A DNA stretch of 64,000 bases from Minisyncoccota bacterium (GTDB lineage Bacteria > Patescibacteriota > Minisyncoccia > Phycocordibacterales > CSBR16-193): contig JBBDRA010000003.1 in assembly GCA_040905715.1 (NCBI GenBank), forward strand, positions 7,075 through 71,074, in the 5' to 3' direction. The position numbers and the translations under genes are program-made. This document shows positions 56,243 through 64,000 of this stretch, piece by piece; the first letter of the stretch is position 1; the number at the start of each line of letters is the position of its first letter. Under the pieces are notes generated by a model that saw only the letters and a list, made by a program, of their open reading frames with translations, was not told where the DNA came from and did not search any database.

Positions 56243-56881
56243 ATGGTTTATACTACGATTACCATGGACGTACTGGACCGACTATTTGGAAGTCACGCGC
56301 AAGTTAAGATAATGCGCCTATTTTTATTTCACCCTGGGGAGATCTACGAACCCAAGGATGTTGTTCGGTTGGCTCGCGTGGACAGTAAGGTGGTGCGACG
56401 TGAGCTTGAGAACCTCTCTAAGGCAGGTCTTGTTCAGAAAAAGTCTGCTTCGAAAGAAACCAAGGTTCTTAATAAGAACGGCAAGCCCAAGAAAAAGAAG
56501 GTTTCCGGATGGATGCTGAACGCAGATTTTCCCTACCTCAAGCCGCTTCAGAATATCCTGGTCAATGTGCGTCCGCTTTCATCGGGTGAACTCGCCAAGC
56601 GCTTTCACGGCGCAGGGACCATAAAGTTCCTGGTAGTCTCGGGTGTCTTTCTCCAGCAATGGGAAAGCCGAGTTGATCTGTTGGTAGTAGGCGACAAGTT
56701 GAGCGAAGCTCGCGTTCATAATGTAGTGAAAGTGCTGGAATCCGAAGTGGGTCGTGAGCTTTCGTACGCTTCTTTTTCAACTCAAGACTTCCTGTACCGC
56801 CTAGACGTATACGATAAGCTTATTCGTGACATTCTCGATTACCCTCATGAGAGGATCGTAGACAAATTGCAGATCCAGTAG
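56243..56881 (+). CDS. Hypothetical protein with N-terminal winged-helix-like segment
   Basis: 212 aa; VRLARVDSKVVRRELENLSKAGLV helix-turn-helix-like; no firm family. Confidence 0.45.
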   Translation: MVYTTITMDVLDRLFGSHAQVKIMRLFLFHPGEIYEPKDVVRLARVDSKVVRRELENLSKAGLVQKKSASKETKVLNKNGKPKKKKVSGWMLNADFPYLKPLQNILVNVRPLSSGELAKRFHGAGTIKFLVVSGVFLQQWESRVDLLVVGDKLSEARVHNVVKVLESEVGRELSYASFSTQDFLYRLDVYDKLIRDILDYPHERIVDKLQIQ

Positions 56882-57078
56882 CTGATTCAAAGCTGCCTGT
56901 CTCTATGAATAATGTGTCGTCAGTTGTTTGTGTCTGATAGGACCGATCTAAACACTGAATCTCGTCTTTTTATCCGTGTAACAGCTGGTAAGTGATACTT
57001 TTTACTGTCTGAGACATTTGGCTAAAAGAAACTAAGATAGTGACAAAATAGAAGTCGGACAAAAACTGGTGATGTGGG

Positions 57079-57106
57079 TTGACACAGCATCAAAGCTGTA
57101 TATAAT
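57079..57106 (+). promoter_or_regulatory. rRNA promoter TTGACA-N16-TATAAT about 440 nt upstream of 23S
   Basis: ttgacacagcatcaaagctgtatataat. Confidence 0.65.
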
Positions 57107-57394
57107 AGCAAGACAAACTTATGGCAATAGGAACTTGTTTGTATACTTGTTTGAGTACGTAGAGCGGATGGCACCAAACTCCTCACGGAGAACCTAGACG
57201 GTGTACCGCTTCACAGGCGGTTTTTCTTTTGTTAACGTAGGTTGTGCGTCAGAAAAGAAAACCGCATCAGCTGCTAAAAATAGTAGGAAGACAGTAAAAT
57301 ATTCTTGCTCCTCACATGGGTCGCTTACGCTTGAGTGGTTGTATGACTTCTCCCGTTCGTACGTGCGAGCCAGGTGAGAGGCCGGAATAGGGCC

Positions 57395-57414
57395 TGTCCT
57401 TTGACAACTAAATA
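57395..57414 (+). promoter_or_regulatory. boxA-like antitermination element TGTCCTTTGACAACTAAATA (copy B) in the 23S leader
   Basis: rrn boxA-like; near-identical to copy A at 51266. Confidence 0.6.
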
Positions 57415-58020
57415 GTTCTAGCAATGACATGAGCCTCATTGTTAGAACGAGGTAACAAACAGCAAATGAAATGTTGATACATTGATTGTATGTATCAGAG
57501 CAAAACATTGGTTAATGAATTTCCTAATAGGAAATTAAAGGGCGTATGGTGGATGCCTTGACTTCAAGAGGCGATGAAGGACGTGGTACGGCTGCGATAA
57601 GCTTCGGTGAGGTGCCTAACAACCTATGAACCGAAGATCTCCGAATGGGGAAACCCAATTCCGTTTAAGCGGGATTACCCTGTCGTTGAAGAACGGCAGG
57701 GAGTACACCCGGGGAAGTGAAACATCTCAGTACCCGGAGGAATATAGACAAATATGCATTCCCTTAGTAGTGGCGAGCGAAACGGGAGGAGCCTAAACCA
57801 CTGTGCTTGCACAGTGGGGTTGCAGGGTAGAAGTGCGGGGAATCCCGGATTTATTATTATTGTTAGCAGAATCAGCTGGGAAGCTGAACCCAAGGGGGTA
57901 ATAGTCCCGTACGCGAAAACAATAATGTATTTCTGACTTCTATTCCTAAGTAGTTCAGGACACGAAAAGCCTGAGTGAATCTGCCAGAACTAACTGGTAA
58001 GGCTAAATACTCTTGAAGAT

Positions 58021-58063
<43 letters not shown>

Positions 58064-59517
58064 GATAAGGGGAGTGAAATAGATCCTGAAACCATACGCC
58101 TACAAGGAGTCGGAGCGGGCGCTTGCGTCCGTCACGGCGTGCCTATTGAAGAATGAGCCAACGAGTTGATATATGCGGCTTGGGTAAGCTCTGAGAGGAG
58201 CGCACCCGTAGGGAAACCGAGTGTGAATAGCGCGTATGCTCCACAATGTGGGGTCGTCGTATGTATCAGACCCGAAACCAGGCGATCTTGCCATGGGCAG
58301 GGTGAACTCCGGCGAAAGCCGGAGGGAGGCCCGAACCGAATGGCCGTGCAAAACCATCGGATGACCTGTGGTAAGCAGTGAAAAGCTAATCGAGCTTGGT
58401 AATAGCTGGTTCTCTCCGAAACAGCTTTAGGGTTGGCGTCCGGATTACCCGCTTGGGGTAGAGCTACTGGATGGTCTAAATAGGGGCTACGCCTCATTAG
58501 ACCAATCAAACTCCGAATACAAGCGGTCAACTTCCGGGCAGTTAGACCATGGGCGCTAAGGTCCATTGGTCAAAAGGGAAACAGCCCAGACCTCCAGTTA
58601 AGGTCCCTAAATCTATGCTAAGTGCACTTAAGGTGGTGGAATTTCTCAGACACTGAGGAGGTTGGCTTAGAAGCAGCCATCCTTTAAAGAGTGCGTAACA
58701 GCTCACTCATTTAGAGATTCTGCGCCGAAGATAATCGGGGCTAAGCATAGTACCGAAACTGAGGATGTTTACGATCTCCGGATCGTAAGCGTGGTAGGAG
58801 AGTATTTCACGCTGCGATGAAGCTGAAGGGGTGACCCACAGTGGAGCGCGTGGAAGTAAGAATGTTGGCACAAGTAACCGCAAGGCAGGTGAGATCCCTG
58901 CCCGCCGAAAGACTAAGGATTCCTTGGCGATGGTGATCAGCCAAGGGTTAGTCGGGGCCTAAGGCAATCCCGAACGGGGGAGCCGATGGAGACTATGGTT
59001 AATATTCCATGACCCCCATATAGTCCGATTGGAGTGACGGAGCGCTGTACTTCTCGCATATTAGCGGATTTATGTCCTTTCTGTGAGGCCGCTCTCTAGG
59101 TAAATCCGGAGAGCATAAGCCGAGCAGCGAGGCGAATCCGTCGTACGCGACGGAGAAGGAGGAGGAGCGCGCTTCCAGGAAAAGCTTCTCAGGATAACTA
59201 TATGGGGCCCGTACCAAAACCGACACAGGTAGTCAGGTCGAGTAGACCAAGGCGAACGAGTGAAATGTCCCTAAGGAACTCGGCAAAACAGCGGCCGTAC
59301 CTTCGGTATAAGGCCTGCCTTCACTGCTTCGGTAGTGAAGGCCGCAGCTAAAGATTCCCTGGCAACTGTTTACCAAAAACATAGCTCCCTGCGAACTCGA
59401 TAAGAGGATGTATAGGGAGTGACGCCTGACCAATGCCAGAAGGTTAAACATGGGCTGTACACGCGTTTACGTGTGTGCCGACTTTTGTATGCCCTGGTGA
59501 ATGTCGGCCGTAACTAT

Positions 59518-60298
59518 AAACCTGACCGTTGTAGTTACGTAAATAAACTTTGCTATATGCGGGAAAACCCGGATGCATCTTGACGGTACTCGCTTCTTGT
59601 CGAAGAAGCAGTAACAAGCCGTCAAGTGAGCTTCGCATGAGCGCCGGACGATCCGCAGGAAAGACTTCCGCAAGTCACATCTATGGAAGGATATAAGGTG
59701 CAATCAGTAAAACCAGAGCATGGATATTACATAGCCGGCTTTACTGACGGAGAAGGAAGCTTCAACGTTTCGATAAAAAAGAGAAAAGATTATCGAAATA
59801 CGTGGAAATTAACAGCTTCCTTTAACATTTCTCAACGAGATCGTGTAATACTCAGCTTCATTAAGAAGCAGTTACAATGCGGAACGCTCCGCACACGGAA
59901 GGATGGGGTGGTGTACTACGAAGTAACTAACCCAACTTCCTTGTACGAGAATGTTATCCCATTCTTTACACGATTTCGGTTTCTGTCTGCTAAGAAAAAG
60001 CGAAATTTCTCGTTATTTTGTCAGATAGTAGAGAAGATGTACCGAAAAGAACATCTCTCAGAGGAAGGATTTCAAGAAATTCTTCAACTGAGGGAAAAAC
60101 TCAACAAGGGTATTGGAAGGAAGAGAAAGTACGATATTACAAGTTGTAGTTAATGCGGAAGAATCCTCAGAGACTATACGCAAAGTACCACTGAAACAAT
60201 GATTGGAAGCCGACTGTTTCAGGGTAATGATATAGTCCGATCCTTATGGCGACATAAGGTCTGAGCGTCAATCTGACGCTTGGTAGAAAACAGAGACG
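59518..60298 (+). mobile_element. Group I intron in 23S domain IV (helix 69-71 region, E. coli ~1917 site) carrying a LAGLIDADG ORF
   Basis: Exon junction CGTAACTAT | AACGGTCCTAAGGTAGCG restored when 59518-60298 is removed; 5' exon ends in U and the intron ends in G. Confidence 0.8.
59683..60153 (+). CDS. Intron-encoded single-motif LAGLIDADG homing endonuclease
   Basis: YIAGFTDGEGSF LAGLIDADG motif; 156 aa, basic. Confidence 0.8.
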   Translation: MEGYKVQSVKPEHGYYIAGFTDGEGSFNVSIKKRKDYRNTWKLTASFNISQRDRVILSFIKKQLQCGTLRTRKDGVVYYEVTNPTSLYENVIPFFTRFRFLSAKKKRNFSLFCQIVEKMYRKEHLSEEGFQEILQLREKLNKGIGRKRKYDITSCS

Positions 60299-61116
60299 AA
60301 CGGTCCTAAGGTAGCGAAATTCCTTGTCTGGTAAGTTCAGACGCGCACGAATGGCGTAATGACTGGGGAACTGTCTCAGGGGCATGCTCGGTGAAAATAC
60401 AATACCAGTGAAGATGCTGGTTACCTGCAGCAGGACAAAAAGACCCCAGAAGCTTTACTGTAGTTTGATATTGGATGTACAGTTTCTCTGCGAAGTATAG
60501 GTGGGAGACTTTGAAGCGTTGGTTTCGGCTAGCGTGGAGTCGTCAGTGGGATACCACCCTTAGAACCTGTATATTCTAACCCGGTGAGAAAAACTCATCA
60601 GGGACAGTATCTTGCGGGCAGTTTGAGTGGGGCGCTCTCCTCCCAAAAAGTAACGGAGGAGCCTATAAGGTCGGCTAGGCGCGAATGGAAACCGTGCCGA
60701 TAGTGTAATGGCACAAGCCGGCTTAACTGTAAGACGTACATGTCGAGCAGATGCGAAAGCAGAGCATAGTGGTCCGACGGTTCGTCTTAGAGACGGCCGG
60801 AGCTTAACGGATAAAAGCTACTCTGGGGATAACAGGCTGGTACCGCCTAAGAGTTCATATCGACGGCGGTGTTCGGCACCTCGATGTCGGCTCGACTTAT
60901 CCTGGCGCTGGAGAAGGTGCCAAGGGTTCGGCTGTTCGCCGATTAAAAAGTCACGCGAGCTGGGTTCAGACCGACGTAAGTCAGGTTGGTCTTCTATCCG
61001 CTGCAGGCGTAGATTCTTGAAGAGATTCGCTCCTAGTACGAGAGGGCCGGAGTGAACTGACCTCTGGTGTATCAGCTGTCACGCCAGTGGCACTGCTGAG
61101 TAGCTATGTCGGGAAT

Positions 61117-61149
<33 letters not shown>

Positions 61150-61404
61150 AACTCTAAGATTAGGAATCATAGATCCCTGGGAGATGACCAGGTTGATAGG
61201 CACTAGGTGTGCGCACAGTAATGTGCTTAGCCGAGGTGTACTAATTCATCATATCCTATTAGGAAATTTGGATGCCAGCGTCCGCACCACACAGGTGTGG
61301 CGCGGGCGAAAAGTGTTTTGCTCTGTTAGATGGAATGAATGCGTTTGTTTCATTGTTAGTTTGTAATATTGAGTTGTGTGTATTGGGTGTATACGGGATG
61401 TAGC

Positions 61405-61460
61405 CGGTCGTGCTTTCTTAGTAGTGGCGAGCGAACAGAATGTGAGTGAGGGTACGCCTT
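61405..61460 (+). repeat. Short duplicated 23S-like fragment in the 23S-5S spacer
   Basis: tgctttcttagtagtggcgagcgaacagaatgtgag mirrors 23S 57763-57795 (cattcccttagtagtggcgagcgaaacgggagg). Confidence 0.5.
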
Positions 61461-61624
61461 CGCCGGCTCGACCATAGCGCTCCGTCATGGACGGAGAGTG
61501 GGGGAAGGACCCATCATCCCGATTTCTGAAATTAGCGCCAGTTCTTTTCACGCACCACTAACGTGGTGCCTAATATACACAGCTCAATAATACGATCAAA
61601 AAGTAACGCGAATTGAGTATTGTA

Positions 61625-61734
61625 TGCTGGTGCTTTGGCGAGAGGGGTACACCTGTTCCCATCCCGAACACAGCAGTTAAGCCTTTCAGCACCGATGATA
61701 GTCTTTCAAGGCGAAAGTAGGTCGGCGCCAGCAT
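61625..61734 (+). rRNA. rrf: 5S ribosomal RNA
   Basis: GCTGGTGCTTTGGCGAGAGGGGTACACCTGTTCCCATCCCGAACACAGCAGTTAAGCC..GTAGGTCGGCGCCAGC. Confidence 0.85.
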
Positions 61735-62030
61735 AGAGTACTTAATTTTCTTTTCAGATATAATTTCGGAATATATTTAGACGGTAGCGAAAGTAAGCAA
61801 AGCTTGCTTTGACTGCATTCGGACGAAATGTGAATGCTTCGCATTCCCGTTTCGCTCCTCATTTGTCAAAGTAGGTCGGCGCCAGCACTACAAGAGCACT
61901 TCTTGTTTTCTAATTCACAGCAAAGCTGTTCACAAGAAAACAAAGTCGCACTACCAGAGCACTTCTTTATCCCTAATTCACTATCGTTCATAAGGGCTAA
62001 ATGTCGCATAGAGTACTCAATTTTCTCCAT
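61735..62030 (+). repeat. Degenerate direct repeats derived from the 5S 3' end and flanking sequence
   Basis: aaagtaggtcggcgccagca recurs at 61869; catagagtact[tc]aattttct at 61733 and 62005; actac[ac]agagcacttctt at 61887 and 61939. Confidence 0.55.
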
Positions 62031-62062
62031 AAACAATCTCCTTCAAGGAGGTTGTTTTTGTT
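62031..62062 (+). terminator. rRNA operon terminator
   Basis: aacaatctccttcaaggaggttgtttttgt. Confidence 0.75.
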
Positions 62063-62118
62063 TATAAACACCCGGTATCAACAGTAACGAGTGTTTATTT
62101 GATATACTACGTAAATAT

Positions 62119-63528
62119 ATGGAAAAAAATGTAGACCAGAGCTCCGCGCCAGTTGAAAAACAAGAAGAGATCTCTGAAAAGCAAACCGGTATTGACTGGG
62201 CCACAAAACGAAAGATAACCGTTTTGAGTATGATCGCGGGGGTTTTGTTTGTCGTGACCGCGTTGGCCATGTTTTTCTTGTTTTACGAGGAGTCAGCGCC
62301 GGTTTCTGAGGATCTTCCATCCGGCACAGTTTCTGATCCGATCGTGCTGTGGGAGCGTGCGTTTCCGGCGCGTGAAGGAAGTTATAGCCTTGTCGCTTAC
62401 ATTGAGAATCCTAATACAGCAACCCGGGTATCATCAGCGCCATATGAGTTCAGTGTGTATGATCGAGATAACGTGCTTCTTGAAACAATTCAAGGAGCAA
62501 CAGTTGTTCCACCTGATCAGTTTTTTGCGGTTTTCGAGGGACCTGTTAGTTTTGATCGGGAGCCCGCTCGTGTAACGTTCAGATTTGCTGATGAGCTGCC
62601 GTGGAGATCCGTTCAAGATCATGAAAAAAATCTGATCAGTGTATCTAATAGAGTGTTCTCCTCACTGGAAACTCGTCCACGGGTACAGGCTGATTTTACG
62701 AACACGTCGATCTTGCCAATAAAGAACATCGAAGCGGTCACGATCGTTTATGACAGTAATAATGTTGCCATTGGCGCGTCGCGCACCGTTATAAGTGAGC
62801 TGAAAAAAGGAGAAACTACAAACAAAACATTTACCTGGCCGAGACCGTTTGACGCGGGGACCCGCATTTGCCAGCAACCGGCTGATACCATGCTGGTGAT
62901 CGACCGTTCAGGTAGTATGCAGTTCGACAGCGAAGATCCGCCGCAACCTCTAACTGATGTTAAAGAGGCGGCCAAGTCGTTTCTGGATATGCTTTCGGAT
63001 ACGGATAAGGCCGGCATGGTGTCGTTTGCGACCGAGGCGAGTGATCCGGTCGATCAGCAGCTGACCTCAAGCCTTGATACGGTTAAACAAGCGATCGACT
63101 CGATCTCGATCGGTACACCACACCTCGATGAGCACACGAATATAGCAGACGGTATTCGTCGCTCGCTGGATGAGATGCGCTCATCTCGTCGTTCACCGGA
63201 AACGTCTGGCGTGATCGTGTTGCTTAGTGACGGTGTTGCGACAAGACCGCTTCCTCCTGAAGACAGTGACTTGAGTCGGCAGGAGTATCCGAAACAGCAA
63301 GCACTCGACGCAGCAGAAGTGGCTGCCGAAGAAAATATAGAACTATACGTAATCGGGCTTGGTGAAGGAGCAAGTGGTGATTTTTTGAGGGAGCTTGCTC
63401 CTTCATCGGATAATCATTTCTTTGCCCCTACCACAGATGATCTTGATGGCATCTACCAGGAAGTTGCGACAAGTGTGTGTGAGCAGGACCGTGCTGTTGT
63501 GCGGATTCTCACAAAAATACTCGAATAA
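62119..63528 (+). CDS. Membrane-anchored von Willebrand factor type A (VWA) domain protein
   Basis: N-terminal TM; MIDAS motif VIDRSGSM; ..LLSDG.., ..GLGEGA..; 469 aa. Confidence 0.75.
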   Translation: MEKNVDQSSAPVEKQEEISEKQTGIDWATKRKITVLSMIAGVLFVVTALAMFFLFYEESAPVSEDLPSGTVSDPIVLWERAFPAREGSYSLVAYIENPNTATRVSSAPYEFSVYDRDNVLLETIQGATVVPPDQFFAVFEGPVSFDREPARVTFRFADELPWRSVQDHEKNLISVSNRVFSSLETRPRVQADFTNTSILPIKNIEAVTIVYDSNNVAIGASRTVISELKKGETTNKTFTWPRPFDAGTRICQQPADTMLVIDRSGSMQFDSEDPPQPLTDVKEAAKSFLDMLSDTDKAGMVSFATEASDPVDQQLTSSLDTVKQAIDSISIGTPHLDEHTNIADGIRRSLDEMRSSRRSPETSGVIVLLSDGVATRPLPPEDSDLSRQEYPKQQALDAAEVAAEENIELYVIGLGEGASGDFLRELAPSSDNHFFAPTTDDLDGIYQEVATSVCEQDRAVVRILTKILE

Positions 63529-63615
63529 GGTTTTGTTGAAAGGTGTGCAGGTAGATCTTTTAAGATCGAAAGCTTTTAGGATGGGTGTTTTGCCAGTATG
63601 ATATGATGTCGCTAC

Positions 63616-64000
63616 ATGTTAGGGTATCTTACTGCGTTTTCACGACGAGCGATCGACACAGCCTGGTCGTTTGACTGGATATTGTTCGGCGCTGCTTTGG
63701 CGATATCTCTTGCCGGACTTATCACAATGAATTCGTTTACCGGCGAGGATAGGTTTTTTGAAAAACAGATCGTATGGATCGGCGTATCACTCGGAGCCTG
63801 TTTTCTGGTTAGTATGATCGATCTTCGATTTCTTCGAAGGACCGGGGTCGTTGTAGCGTTGTATGTGCTCACAGTTGCATCACTTGCGCTTCTCTTTGTT
63901 GTAGGAAGCACGTTTCAAGGTGCGGAAAGTTGGTTTTCGATCGGCGGGTTTTCGTTTCAGCCGGTTGAGCCGGCAAAACTTGTGCTCGTTATACTGCTGG
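63616..64000 (+). CDS. SEDS family cell-wall polymerase (RodA/FtsW), N-terminal part running off the window end
   Basis: MLGYLTAFSRR..DWILFGAALAISLAGLITMNS..EKQIVWIGVSL..FQPVEPAKLVLVILL; open to the window edge. Confidence 0.7.
   Translation, partial: MLGYLTAFSRRAIDTAWSFDWILFGAALAISLAGLITMNSFTGEDRFFEKQIVWIGVSLGACFLVSMIDLRFLRRTGVVVALYVLTVASLALLFVVGSTFQGAESWFSIGGFSFQPVEPAKLVLVILL

Noticed and set aside
63612-63911. 99-aa minus-strand ORF
   Set aside because: It overlaps the clearly SEDS-family (RodA/FtsW) plus-strand reading frame that starts at 63616 and is open to the window end.

Overview
The window is a streamlined bacterial chromosome segment, roughly 50% GC, densely packed with housekeeping genes and many clean intrinsic terminators and sigma70-type promoters. 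The gene content suggests a Candidate Phyla Radiation / Patescibacteria-like organism; this is an inference from content, not a database hit. The supporting observations are: a class I FBA, an intron-containing 23S rRNA with a LAGLIDADG ORF, no 16S gene upstream of the 23S, no L1 gene after rplK, and an ECF sigma paired with a DUF5667-like partner.

Recognisable content, in order:
- Aldolase fragment at the window start.
- Two tandem paralogous small proteins followed by a membrane-anchored coiled-coil metzincin-type metalloprotease.
- A UDP-sugar dehydrogenase-like gene and a CapA gene.
- A lexA plus Y-family polymerase SOS operon with a Cheo-type LexA box inside its promoter.
- An FNR-like oxidoreductase.
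- An mscL with an unusual C-terminal zinc ribbon.
- An ECF sigma factor with a downstream DUF5667-like putative anti-sigma protein.
- folD and a SIMPL-domain protein.
- secE-nusG-rplK, ending in a terminator with no rplA.
- A plsC-like acyltransferase.
- A pyrimidine/deoxynucleotide island: an NDT/Rcl-like protein, a long-form DCD-family deaminase, folA-thyA, glyA, tmk, dut, a pyrD-like gene and a class II pyrC.
- argS.
- An ileS carrying an embedded histidine-phosphatase (PGAM-like) domain.
- A recO-like gene, a large CARDB-like surface protein, glyQS, an M16 peptidase, an AI-2E transporter, metG and tatD.
- rpsF-ssb-rpsR.
- efp.
- A recA interrupted by a LAGLIDADG intein.
- ftsK.
- A 1.4 kb gene-free, highly structured locus carrying an rrn-type promoter and a boxA antiterminator copy.
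- A peptidoglycan-binding poly-acidic secreted protein.
- rplJ-rplL relocated behind a GIY-YIG gene.
- 23S rRNA with a group I intron that encodes a LAGLIDADG ORF, followed by 5S rRNA.
- A VWA membrane protein and the start of a SEDS (RodA/FtsW) gene.

The most unusual items are the IleRS domain insertion, the orphan rRNA-leader-like boxA locus, the rearranged ribosomal protein and rRNA organisation with selfish elements (an intein and an intron-encoded LAGLIDADG ORF), and several precisely palindromic or structured intergenic RNA elements.
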